A DNA stretch of 64,000 bases, taken from Sphyrna mokarran (lineage: Eukaryota). Within the stretch, counting starts at the first letter, position 1. Every line of letters begins with the position of its first letter. The stretch is taken from assembly GCA_024679065.1 (NCBI GenBank), contig JAGIQG010000002.1:123256001-123320000 (forward strand). The letters run 5' to 3'. This document shows, piece by piece, positions 13,065 through 25,879 of this stretch. A program made the position numbers and the translations under genes. Below the pieces are notes generated by a model that saw only the letters and a program-made list of their open reading frames with translations, did no database searches and was not told where the DNA came from.

Positions 13065-14126
13065 ATATTCAGATATTGAGTAGCTGTTTGTATCACATTA
13101 GAAACTGATACGTCAGCCATCAAATGCTGCATTCAGGTTGAGCCCACAAGTGTGTTGATGCAGTTAGCCACCAGTTCCATGCAGGAAGAACGTTCTTTAA
13201 TCTGTATAAAATCCTGAGCCTAGTAGAAGCTGGACTCCTCTGTGCTCCTTGATATTGCCAGAAAACTAGCAACTAGTCTTTTTAATGCACCAAGTATTTC
13301 ATTATGCATACACATCAGCCTTCCTCTGGAGCCTGACCCATCAGTCATCATCCAAGTCCTCTGCAACCTCACCAGCTGAAGAGCTAGCAATTGTTAAGTT
13401 ATACCGCCAAGCAATCCTCTAAATTGCCTGCTCGTGACTGCACGTGTGAAATCAGGTGACAGCATATCTTCATTTTTGTTGCCTTCCTGCTCTTCTACAA
13501 CCATCTGTGAAGATTATCTGAAATGATAAAGGACCATATTGGCTTGCTTTGAGGAGCAGAGGAAGAAGGAAGTACACATACACACATACCAATTCCAGTT
13601 TCTCTGACAGAAGAATGTTTAGGATAAGAAAAAAGTGAGATGTGATGATTCGGTACGGGAGTGATATAACCTCAATGAATTTAACCTGTTTGCAGCCATG
13701 GCCTCAGCTATTTCCTGATGACCAGCAGCACTTATTCCAAATGGTTCAGAATTTGTAAGAATATGCTGCCCACCACCCGCCTTTCCACCAGTTAATTCCT
13801 GTTGTCTGCAGTTGTGTGCTATCGTGTCCTGAAAGACTGGAGAAAGTGTCTCAGAGCATAATGTAAACAATTTAAGTGATGTGGCAGTCTTAGTTGAAAA
13901 GATGGCAGGGCATACAAATTATGAGACACAGGTGTGCAATTTACAACAGTGTGAGGGTGAAGTGAATCATATGAATGTTAGTGTCATGATAGATAGAGAT
14001 TATTAGTAGACAAGGAATGAATTCCTGGTGCATGCATGATTGAAACTCCTTCTTTGGATTAAACATCCTGTCAGCCAACTTCATCCTGGCCTTCTTCAAT
14101 TTAAGGGATCTGTTTTCTCATGTGAG

Positions 14127-17119
14127 CATAGAACATAGAACACTATAGCACAAACAGGCACTTCGGCCCACAAGTTGTGCCGATCATATCTATACTTACT
14201 AGGCTATAGAACTATCTGTAACTCCCAATCCCATTAAATCCCATGTACTCATCCAGAAGTCTCTTAAAAGACCCCAGCGAGTTCGCCTCTACCACCACTG
14301 ACGGCAACCGATTCCATTCACTCACCACCCTCTGAGTGAAAAACTTACCTCTAACATCTCCTCTGTACTTGCCCCCCAGCACCTTAAACCTGTGTCCTCT
14401 CATAGCAACCATTTCAGCCCTGGGAAATAGCCTCCGAGAATCCACCCTATCTATTCCTCTCAACATCTTATAAACCTCTATCAGGTCGCCTCTCAACCTT
14501 AGTCTCTACAGGGAGGAGACCTAGCTCTCTCAACCTATCTTCATAAGGCATGCCCCCCAGTCCAGGCAACATCCTTGTAAATCTCCTCTGCACCCTCTCA
14601 ATAGCTTCCACATCCTTCCTATAGTGAGGCGACCAGAACTGCACACAATACTCCAAGTGGGGTCTGACAAGGGTCTTATAAAGTTGCAGCATTACCTCCC
14701 AATTCCTAAACTCAATTCCTCTATTAATGAAGGCCAGTACACCATATGCCTTCTTGACCACATCCTCCACTTGCGGGGCAGATTTAAGAGACCTATGGAC
14801 CCGGACCCCAAGATCCTTCTGCTCCTCAACACTGCCAAGACTCCTACCCTTGATATTATATTGCTTCATCCCATTGGTCCTGCCAAAATGGACCACCACA
14901 CATTTATCCGCGTTGAAGTCCATCTGCCACTTCTCCGCCCAGTCTTGCATCCTATCTATGTCTCGCTGCAACTTCAGACATCCCTCCAGACTATCCACAA
15001 CACCACCAACCTTCGTATCATCGGCGAACTTACTAACCCATCCCTCCACTTCCTCATCCAGGTCATTTATGAAAATGACAAACAGCAAGAGTCCTAGAAC
15101 AGATCCCTGGAGCACTCCACTGGTGACCGACCTCCATGCAGAAAAAGAGCCATCCACAACCACCCTCTGCCTTCCGCAGGCAAGCCAGTTCTGGATCCAC
15201 AAGGCCAAAGCCCCTTGGATCCCATGCCCTCTCACCTTCTCAAGAAGTCTTGCATGGGGGACCTTATCAAACGCCTTGCTGAAATCCATGTAAACCACGT
15301 CCACTGCTCTTCCTTCGTCAATGTGTTCGAAGAATTCAACTAGGCTCGTAAGGCACGATCTGCCCTTAACAAAGCCGTGTTGACTATTCCTGATCATATT
15401 GAATTTCTCTAAATGCTCATAAATCCTATCTCTCAGAATCCTCTCCATCAACTTACCGACCACTGAGGTCAGACTCACTGGTCGGTAATTGCCTGGGCTA
15501 TCCCTATTCCCCTTCTTGAAAATAGGCACCACATCTGCAATCCTCCAATCTTTCGGAACCTCCCCCATCTCCATCGATGACACAAAGATCATCGCCAGGG
15601 GCTCTGCAATCACTTCCCTCACCTCCCACAATAACCTGGGGTACATCCCATCTGGACCCGGCGACTTATCTACCTTGATGGAATTTAACAGTTCCAACAC
15701 CTCCTCTTTCTTAATGTCCACATACTCAATCTTTTCAGTTTGCTGCATTCCTGTAGTACAACCCCCCAGATCACTCTCCACTGAATACTGAGGCAAAGTA
15801 CTTGTTAAGCACCTCTGCCATTTCTTCTGGTTCCACACAGACTTTTCCTTCTTCACCTTTTATAGGTCCTATCCCTTCTCTTCTCATCCTTTTACTCTTC
15901 ACATATTTATAGAATGCCTTGAGATTCTCCTTAATCCTATCCGCCAAAGCCCTCTCGTGACCCCTTCTGGCTCTTCTAATTTCCTTTTTAAACTGCCTTC
16001 TACAAGTCTTATATGCCTCTAGATCCTTAACATCCTCTAGCTCCCTGAACCTACTGTACAACTTTCTTTTCTTCCTAACTAGGTTCATCACAACCTTTGT
16101 GCACCACGGTTCTCTTGTCCTACCAAAACCTCCTTGTCTCACCTGAACATTGTCGTGCAGAGCTCCAGACAAACATTCCTTGAAAATCAGCCACCTTCCT
16201 TCAGTACTTTTCCCCAAGAACACCTCCTTCCAGTTTACTCTTCCAATTTCCTGCCTAATGATTTCATATTTCCCCCTACTCCAGGTAAACACTTTCCTAT
16301 CCTGCCTGATCCTATCTCTTTCCAATGCTATCGTGAAGGAGATAGAATTATGATCACCATTCCCGAGATGCTCTCCTACCGAGAGATCCGACACCTGTCC
16401 TGTTCATTAGCCAGCACCAGGTCAAGTACAGTCTCTCCTCTCGTAGGCTTATCCACGTGCTGTGTCAGGAAACCCTCCTGAATACACCTAACAAACTCCT
16501 CACCATCTGAACCCCTTACCCTGGGGACATTCCAGTCGATGTTTGGGAAATTAAAGTCTCCCATCACGACAATTTTGTTATTTCTACATCTCTCTAGGAT
16601 CTGTTTCCCTATCTGCACCTCAACATCCCTGTCACTATTGGGCAGCCTATAAAAAACATTTAGCAAAGTTTTCGACCCCTTGCTGTTCCTAACTTCCACC
16701 CACAGAGACTCCGTAGACAGTCCCTCCACGGCATCCTCCTTCTCTACGGCTGTGACACTGTCCCTGATCAACAGTGCCACTCCCCCACCTCTTCTACCTC
16801 CCTCTCTGTCCTACCTGAAGCATCTAAATCCTGGCACCTGAAGTACCCAGTCCTGTCCCTGAGACATCCAAGTCTCTGTAATGGCCACCACATCACATTT
16901 CCAAGCAGCAATCCTGGCCCTCAGCTCATCCACTTTATTCACTACACTCCTGGCATTAAAATAGACACACCTCAGACCTTCAGTCTGGGCGCTTCCCTTC
17001 TCCATCACCTGTCTAACCTCCCCCTCATACTGTCTATAATCCTTCTCTACTTGGGAGCTAACCTCCTTGCTCCCAGTCACCTCATCTCGATTCCCTCTCC
17101 CCAACCTTTCTAGTTTAAA
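14127..17119 (-). mobile_element. Young CR1 LINE, nearly complete ORF2 (APE + RT), 5'-truncated, frameshifted
   Basis: ORFs 16811-17104, 16376-16780, 15771-16394, 14468-15856 (YMDFSKAFDKV, QGSVLG, KFADDTK), 14212-14496; (TTCTATG)n tail. Confidence 0.97.
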
Positions 17120-17727
17120 GTGAAAACATTCTAGTTTAATGTGCTGTGGAAAACTGTATTTACTTTTTTAACCCAACTTGTGCAATGCTTGTGTGCACTG
17201 ATTGTTTGGAAAGTTTTTCAAAATCCTTAATGGCCACTCTCTGTAGCCCTCCAGCAGTAACTCTAAGCTTCGTTCTGTGACGGGGCAATTATCACATCTC
17301 TGGTTTCTTTGGTAGACTTATGGGAAATGTACTATTTTAAAAACTGTTGCATTCTAGACACTTCACCAAGCATCTCACAGCCATCTCCTGCACATCTGAG
17401 AAATGCAGTGAACGTAGTTAAATTTCAAGTATTCAGAAGGTCACTCAAATTGTGGGAAACATATTGGTACTTAAGAGTGCAGATGATTTTCAAAGTCATC
17501 TGATTGCATTCTTGAGGTATTTACAGAACTTCTGAAGAAGTTCGTTAATATGGAGATATAACCTTATTTAATTATAGTAAAATGATGTACGGTGATCAGT
17601 GAGGAAACAGGTTAACAGAGCAAGACAGATAAAGATGCAGGTAGACAAAAGTGTTTATAAATTACAAAAATGGAATGATAGTAAGCTATTTTCCAAATAT
17701 GCTAGGACAGAAATTAGTAACACTTAC

Positions 17728-18075
17728 CATGAACTTGCACAAAATGTTGGATAATATTACTTTGATTCATGTTCCATTTGTATTGTAGAAATAACTGATA
17801 AAGACCAGTGTTGGTCAAATCCAAATTCAACAATTCAATAGATGTGTCTGTTTCATTGTACTTCACTTTGTAGTCATAAAACTTCTGAATTGTTAAATCA
17901 TCGACATCAAAGTTATGTTGTACAAGATCTATGTCTAAAGTACGGGCAGTAAAGGTCCACTCTATTGCTTTTAGGTCTGAAGCCGATTCATTGTACCCAT
18001 GCAATAACAGAGACGATAATCTGGAAACATCATGGTACTTTGATTCTAACACAAGTGCTGAAGTCTGTAAATAAA
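17728..18075 (-). CDS. Exon 2: V-set Ig domain lacking the canonical disulfide
   Basis: Acceptor ctaatgttttctgtag|, donor G|GTAAGT; 348 bp, phase 1-1, no stop; motifs SLLLHG, IEWTF, SIELLNLDLTNTGLYQL, HFVQVH; N-glycosylation sequons NES, NET, NQS. Confidence 0.9.
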
Positions 18076-20159
18076 CTACAGAAAACATTAGATCATTTTG
18101 GTTCAAAAAACATTTCAGTTAGTTGCAGTCAAATATCCTATTCCGTGGATGCAATAAACAGAATAATTAAGGCAGAGTATTTCAGGATTGGACAGAGTAA
18201 CAGAAAAAAAAAGATTGGACTTCAACTTACTTTTAAATAAACCATCTATATGAGTACATGCCCTAAGCTAAGCAGATGGTGTCAGAATTAGATAATGTAT
18301 GTGCAGAAATTCACATGACACATGGGTAATCAACTAGGGTGGAACTTAGCAGTGGCATGTGATTGACATCAGAACCAGAAGCTGCTGCCAGTCCCAGTCC
18401 CACCCAATGGCAACTCACGATATAATTTCCACATATGCTGAACAGGGCTGGACATGTGCTTGTCCAATGAACTTTCAAAAGCTACATTCACAGGCTGCAG
18501 GATAATCCTTGTCAAAAGAATGGCATCAGCAAGAGAAGAATTCAAGCAGTCAGTTAATGCCCTATTTCATATCAGGTGGAGGAAGTAACGTAAAGGAAAG
18601 CTATCCAGATGCCCAAGGGATGGAGTAAACCATTCCCACGAAGGCAGAGGTCAGTGACCCTGGCTTGGGTGACCACTAAGTGGGCATTGTGCTAAATGGG
18701 GCACTGAGGGGTGGCCATCCATTGTTGGGATCAAGTGCAAGAGTTACATCTAGTCTCGGATTGCACATGACTCTCCACATTCCAAGGCTGGAGAGTTGAA
18801 TTAGTAGCCTTCAGTCCAGCAAAGGTTTAGGTATTGAAAGAGTTGGCAACATTCTCAAATCTCTCAGGGATGTTTTGCTCTAGGGACAGTGTGGTATAGC
18901 ATTCAGGGTGAAGGTTTCAATGCTCAATGAAGCTCTGCACTGACTTACAGGAGAATCAGAACCATAACAATCAAGAGCGATCTGTCATTAGTGATGGGGA
19001 TGGGGAGCGGTGGGCAACCTGACGATCCTCACCAGCCATAAGTTGGGAATCTTGGAGCTGGAGGCAAGAGAAATGGCAGATTGTTAGATTGTAGGAAGCA
19101 AGAGAAAGATAAAAGCCCAGTGAGTTGAGGTGCAATGCATTCAGGAAGACTGAGGGTTTGATCCATCAGAACAACTTTATTTATACACTAGCCACTGAGC
19201 AACTTCAGTCCAATTAAAGTCAATCACAATGGTAAGCGTGTGATGAGATGTTAACTTGTGTGATATGATTCATCCCTCAGGTGATCCACTTGCTATGCAA
19301 TAATGCACACCATTTCACAGCACCAGTGATGACATGCTGGTGGCCTTGACCATGTAAGAAGAGTTGTCAGGGAGCAGCAGTGAGGGCACTTCATCCTTGC
19401 AAGGGCAGATAACAGAGGTAGAGAGTGCTGGTGCACTGAACAATCAGAGGACTGCTGGAGATGAGGACCATGTTGAGTCCAAAGGAGACGATGAGTATCT
19501 GGAGTCATCCATATGACAGCAAATGTTAGATGTTGACTGTTATGCACAAAGGAGGTGTGGCAGAGAGCCACGAAAGGCTGCATACGATGCTGCCTATCAT
19601 GGAAGAATCCTTGCAGAGCACGTGCACTACAACTCAGAACTAAGTGCACTGCCTCATTCACTGAGCTCGGTAACTCTCATGGCAAGGCAACTCCAGAAAC
19701 ACAATGATACATTACTGAGGTTGCTCCAGAACCTACAAGTCCCTATGGAAGAAGGCAGAGTCGTCAATGTGCCACCCTTCGTTGTTGAGCAGGGAAGTGA
19801 GAGTTCACCTCAGTATGACAGAATAGGTAGCTGCGATTTCTGTGGACTCTTTTCATGGAACTCTGGACAAGAGCACCAGCTCCTCTGACTCTTTGCCAGT
19901 TGTAGTTCCATTCTAAGAGTCCATGGTGACTGAGGGTTGCCCAGCAATGTCCAGTCAGAACACCATTCCCTCTGCCTTCCTGTCCCCAATCCTGCTCCCA
20001 TCTATTCCCCAAACCACCCTCTCTCTCCCCCCCTCACCTTCTATTTCTCTTTTCTGTTGTTTCACCTCTTTATTTCTTTGTGTCCCTTCCATCTCCTCTT
20101 TCTCTCCCCTTCCTTCCCTCTCTCCTACGTTCCTTCCTTTCCAAATTCCCCACTCTCAC

Positions 20160-20202
20160 CATCACTGATCCAAGTCACGCACACCAACATTTCCCGCCAC
20201 AT
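20160..20202 (-). CDS. Exon 1 (signal peptide) of CD2/SLAM/CEACAM-like Ig-superfamily gene
   Basis: GCAGCC-ATG at 20202 on the edge of the CpG island; encodes MWREMLVCVTWISD; phase-1 donor G|GTGAGA matches the phase-1 acceptor of the V exon. Confidence 0.7.
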
Positions 20203-20600
20203 GGCTGCTCCCCTGAAACTCTCCGCCTTTCCGAAAGCCGCGCGCTGACGAAATTTCCCGCCCAAACCCCCGCACGCTCCAGCCCCAAGGGGGCGTGGCC
20301 GGCGTGGCCCAGTGCAAGGGCGGAGTTATGGGTTACGTGTCGACCCTCTTGCTGTGATTGACCCGGTTGCCCGGGGCTGCCCCTGGTGTGGGCGCGGCGG
20401 TGCACGCGCACGCTCGAGCCGAGCGGCCCTCGCTGCTCTCAGTGCTGTCGCCATGGCGACCAGAGTGAGGCGCGGCCGCGGGTTATGACCGATGGCGATA
20501 AACAAGTGGCTTCAGCTGGGCCTCGACTGGTAAGGGAGGAAATTGATTTCGAGCTTTTCATTCGAAAGTACTACGAATGCTGAAGTAATTGGGGCACTCG
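20170..20600. promoter_or_regulatory. CpG-island promoter, probably bidirectional
   Basis: Only CpG-dense non-repeat stretch in the window; E2F-type TTTCCCGC (20254), GC boxes GGGGCGTGGC (20290) and GGGCGGAG (20318), NRF1-like TGCACGCGCA (20401), palindrome GTCGCCATGGCGAC (20447-20460); outward-facing donors on both strands (20159 minus, 20530 plus). Confidence 0.8.
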
Positions 20601-20779
20601 AGACTGTGACTGATGGATTTTCTTTCTGAGGTGAGATTGTGGAGTTGACACTTAAACCAGTCACCATCAAATCAAGATGCAGGGTGAAATGACCCACTCC
20701 TATCTCCTTTTTCAGGAAACGAAATCAAATTTATCAATGTATCAGAATGGTTCATTTTGTAGTATAAAAGATTATCACA

Positions 20780-21235
20780 AAATCTTACTAGAAACATAGT
20801 ATGCCAAATGGATACCTATCTGCTCATGTGCTTTGGCCCATGCATGTACATGCAGAAATCCAATGACATGGACACGTGTTTATCCAATACAACACCAACT
20901 CATTGTATCAATTGACATGTTATTCAGGATTCCATATTCAGTTTAACAATTTTAAACTGACCTTTCATTTTGACTTTTTAATATCCCATATATTTTTGTC
21001 TCAATGCAAAAACACTCATTCCCCCTCATCTTGGTCATCTAACATATAACCAACTCCAGCTACAGTATAATCTGACAGATATGTCCTTTCTCTTAGTTCT
21101 AATAAAGAGCCAAATGACATATAACATTAACTCTCTTTCTCACCCTACAGAAGTGGTCAGACTTGCTGAGATTTTGATCCATTCTCTGTTTCAGATTCCA
21201 GCATTTGCAGACAGTATTTTACTCATTTTGTTTTC
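20780..21235 (+). mobile_element. Degenerate Penelope-like 3' end
   Basis: Tail ttaactctctttctc...acagaagtggtcagacttgctgag...tcagattccagcatttgcag, same family as 42850-43155. Confidence 0.55.
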
Positions 21236-21253
21236 TAACCTGATTATTGCAAT

Positions 21254-21985
21254 ATAGAACATAGGACATTACAGCGCAGAACAGGCCCTTCGGCCTTCGA
21301 TGTTGCGCTGACCAATTAAGAAAAAGCAATGACCCTCTAACCTAAACCATTCCCTTTTCGTCCATAAAATTATCTACTAATCTCTTAAATGCCACCAAAC
21401 TTGGCGCATCTACAACTGCAGCAGGCAGGGCATTCCATACCCTTAACACTCTCTGGGTAAAGAACCTACCTCTGACATCCATCCTATAACTACCACCCCT
21501 TAATTTAAAGCTATGTCCCCTCATGCTAGCTTTCTCCATCCTAGGAAAAAGGCTATCACTGTCCACCCTATCTAAACGTCTAATCATCTTATATGTTTCA
21601 ATAAGGTCTCCTCTTAGCCGCCTCCTTTCTAACGAAAACAACCTCAAATCCCTCAGCCTCTCCTCATAAGACATGCCCTCCATACCAGGCAACATCCTGG
21701 TAAACCTCCTCTGTACCCTCTCCAATGCCTCCACATCTTTATTATAATGTGGGGACCAGAACTGCATACAATACTCCAAGTGCGGCCGCACTAGAGTTTT
21801 GTACAGTTGCAACATGACGTTGCGGCTCCGAAATTCAATCCACCTACCAATAAAAGCTAAGACTCCGTATGCCTTCTTAACAACCTTATCGACTTGATTG
21901 CCAACTTTTAGGGATCTATGCACATATACACCAAGATCCCTCTGTTCTTCAACACTATTAAGAATCCTACCATTAGCCCTATACT
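21254..21985 (-). mobile_element. CR1 LINE 3' fragment
   Basis: ORF 21342-21923 (LYKTLVRPHLEYC...RGDLIETYK) plus 3' tail. Confidence 0.95.
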
Positions 21986-22049
21986 CTGTACTCTACATAT
22001 GTTCTTAGCAGAGGCCCACACTCTGCCTCCATGCCATCACCATCCCCTC

Positions 22050-22265
22050 GCCAACTCCAGCACACACTGAGGGAGAATTTAGCATAGTCAACGCAAACAA
22101 CATAGTCTTTCGGACTGTGGGAGGAAACCGGAGCATCCAGAGGAAACCAGCGCTGACGTGGGGAGAATATACAGATTCCACACAGATAGTAATCCAAGCC
22201 AGAAATCGAACCTAGGTCCCTGGTATTGTGAGACAGCGGTACTAGCCACTATGTAACCATGCCGT
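22050..22265 (-). mobile_element. V-SINE-like SINE
   Basis: Minus strand ggcatggttacatagtggctag...ggttcgatttct...gtgtggaatctgtatattctcccc. Confidence 0.8.
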
Positions 22266-22319
22266 TCATCAAACCTCATGACAGCAATTACATAATTGCT
22301 CTCATAACCACATCCGCTC

Positions 22320-25140
22320 TCACGCACAGCTCACACAAGGCGCAACAACATAAAAAACTGCAAAAAAAATCACTGCTTCAGTACTGCTTTCAGCCTTTAT
22401 GAAAACAAGGCTATAATTGATTAATTCACACCCACAATGCCAAGCACAGGAACAAAAAAGTACAAGTACACAAATCACTGCTTCAAAGACTGTAGCTGAT
22501 GAATTCAAATGCAAATCCACAATGCAAGCTGCAAAATACAAATTACTGCTTAACTGCTTTAGTACGTTTTAACTTAGGAAAACAAGCCTGTAACTGATAC
22601 ATTGAAATCCAAGCCTACCTGATGTCAGCATAATGATAGTGATGATGCATATTGCAAACTGTCTTGAGGTGAGCAAACAAGGAACTGGCCAAAGTGCAAT
22701 AAGATGGAAAAATTACCCAGTGATATGATTGCAGCATAGTATAGGACAGTGTAGGATAGAATGAGCTAGACAATATTCCAATCAAGTGGAGTCCCATGAA
22801 TTCAAGGCCAATATCAGTGGGCGCAACATCGAAGGCCGGAGGGCCTGTTCTGTGCTGTAATGTTCTATGTTCTAGTCTGGTAGGATTCCATTCTTTGTCC
22901 AAAAGAGACAATATTGAGAACAATGGGGAATGATGGTTACACACCATATTTGTTACATAACAATCATGTTATCAGACAAGGAAATAGTAATCCCCTTTGA
23001 AAAATAGAACATAAACAAGAGAAAATAGAAGAGGGGCATATTTTTAAAATTTTCTTGCTACATCATTTTTTACAAATTTATGACAATTTAAATAACTTTT
23101 GTCTTGCATTCACAAAATCAGGAATAACATTATTGTAGGTAAAATATTGTAAAGATGCATTTTTAATCATTAATATTGCTGAACTTATCAAATGTTCCTG
23201 GCTCATTAACCTTCAGAGATAATTTTTAACTCTTTTCAATACAAAGAAAGAACATTCACTCGAAGCATTTCTGACCAGCATTTTCAAAATGGTTTCTAAG
23301 TTTAGAAAGTTTGCATGGAAACCATCACATTCAAGTGTGTGGCAATCAACTGTGGATGTCAAAATACAAGAGCTCAACATTAGCAATGAATTGAATTGTT
23401 TCACTTCATCTTCAAAATGATTTATGTCTATGTCCTCCAGAACGAATTCAGCTACTTTCTCATTGTAGCGGCTTTTAGCAATCTCATTCGAATCTGTTGA
23501 AAAATACAGAACATTTTTAAATTGTTTTCTTCAGAGATTAATCCCTACTCTGCAATCACACCATCATTGTGTAAAAATAACTGACAGTTTGAACAGTGAT
23601 CTTCTCTTTCCCTTTTAAAATGATTTATTTGTCCCTGGTTTCATCAAAAAATAACTTCCTGCATCTTGTATGCTTCTCATCATCAGGGGCACCTATATTC
23701 CTTGTTAATTTTAACACCTCTGCACCCATTTAAGATATAGTCATCTTGAACTTACATAACAAAACTTCTAATTGAGGTTAACAATTGAACAATTCAGTAA
23801 AGTTGTAAAAATATTTTGCAATATCTTGCTGTCAGCATTGATTCTTTAATGTAAACATTCCACAAGACCGTAAAAACTGCAATATTATACCTGTCAAACA
23901 TCTCTGCTAAGTATTTTCTTTCAGCTTTCACACGTGGTTTCTCTAAATTTGATAAGGTTATGTCTGATTAGCATTCCTTTATATTTGACAAAGTTAAGTT
24001 TCAAAGCCAAAATAGTATCTACATGACTGGACCACCTGGTGTCACAAATTCTTTTGACAATCAAATGTTTTCCATGTGCCTGCTCCAAACATGGCTGTAG
24101 CATATTCCACCAATACATGGAATCTGGAAAAAAAGGCATACAAGTTTTCAATAGTCAAAAAAAATAAGGCTGCCTCACATAATTAAGCTGCTGCATTGCA
24201 GATTAAATTCAAGGAATAATTGGAACATGGAATGAGTAATGCGCAGAGACTTGCATTGTTCAATCTTGCTTGTAGATCTGAGTATTTTCCTGCTATATTT
24301 GTGGCATTATCAAAGTTCTGCTGATGACAAATTTTTATGTCCAAGACTTAATTTACAATGATTTCCAAAACAGTTGTTTCCAGGCACTCAGAAATGTGGG
24401 ATTGTAACTAAATGAATTGCTCTACAACTTCACCTTTGCTGGTCACATACCTTAAAATGAATATTAATTGGTACACATGAATCACATTTAGTGTTGATCA
24501 ACTATTATGGAATAGTATTTGGCCTCTTTTACTTGAGTAATGAACTGGTTTCTGAGCCACTGCTATTACAATGATGAAATCATTGTAGATTCTGTGCATT
24601 TAAAAAGTTAGTCCTCCCTGAGCCACAATATTGGTAGCTTTTCAAATGCTCTTTGAGAAGCTCATCAAATTCAAGGCAGGCTTAAAAATTACCTCTTCAA
24701 CTTGGCACAGATGACTCATCATACCCTCTGAAAAAAAGATCCAAGGAAGACAGAATTTGACTGGGAACAACATACCTCAGCACTTTCCTCCAGTAAGAGC
24801 ACTCCATTTCACTATCCCTGGTCAGAAATTGGCTTTTTTTTATACTTAAGTTGCCCATTCACCCTGTTCCATCCTAGGAAGCAGGTGATGAGTTACCCTG
24901 TTTCTCTACTCAACAACTGACAGCCAGCACCTCCCCTCTTCACCTGGCCCTGGTAAGCTCACACTTCTCCAAAGTAAGTACCCAACTTTGCTGTTGGCTC
25001 AGGCTGCCTGTCTGACTTTCTGAATTTCTCAACCCTGGTTAAAGAACCTGGGTTGCTACTATTTCAAGAAATATTGATAGAGATCCTCATTACTGCTGCC
25101 CTCTCTTCCTAAGTCACCAAACTCTCACTGATCTTCCTGC
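22320..25140 (-). mobile_element. Degenerate hAT DNA transposon (ZMYM1-like transposase)
   Basis: ICDTRWSS (ORF 23921-24151), DNATNIAGKYSDLQARL (~24270-24315), C-terminal NASSECSFFVLKRVKNYL; subterminal repeats 22330-22620. Confidence 0.85.
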
Positions 25141-25879
25141 TGTCAGGGTTTTCCATCAATTAGAGCCCAAAGATATTTTGCATTTATTGCTAAAAGGCTA
25201 AAAATGAGCTTATCAGCAAATTCAGACATCTCAGGCTCCGTTGCCCCAAAGCCAGCAACCATCATGTTCTCCCATTCCCAATGATCTCTTTTCCTATGCC
25301 GAAGCATAATGTATTCCATTGTAAGTCTATCCCTGTCTCTTAGTTTATGGATTCCATGTATCTCACACAGCACACCTGGTCAGCAAGTTGCTCAAAATAT
25401 TTAACTGACAGGCATTTTATTTGCACTTTTATAGTATTTTATAAGAACTGACAGGGACAATCTGAATTGTGACTGGACACTACTGCTTCAACTCACTTTA
25501 ATGATTTCTGTTGTCTCACAATTTATATGCACTGTAAATATCTCTTGCTAATAGTCAATATTCTGAAAAATTCAGTCCAGATAGGAAAGAAAATTGCTGC
25601 AATATTGTACTAAACTCACTAATTCTTGCAGTTTAGAGAAGGGACCTTAAAACAAAGACCATTGAGAGTTTGGTGACTTAGGAGAGAGCAACAGAAATGA
25701 GGGGCTCAAACAATATTTCCTAAAATAGCAGCAATCTAAGTTCCTTAATCACAGCTGAGGTCAGAGAGCTAGGCAGGCAGCCTGAACCAACAGCAAGGTT
25801 GGACACTTTGGAGGCTGTGAACTCGCTAGGGCCAGGTGAAGAGGACAGGCGCTGTCACATTCACATCATAATATAAGGG

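Noticed and set aside
14624-15791. Long plus-strand ORFs (157, 188, 100 aa)
   Set aside because: Antisense shadows of CR1 ORF2
22330-22620. Repeat-spacer-like array resembling CRISPR
   Set aside because: Eukaryotic context; degenerate hAT subterminal repeats; no cas genes
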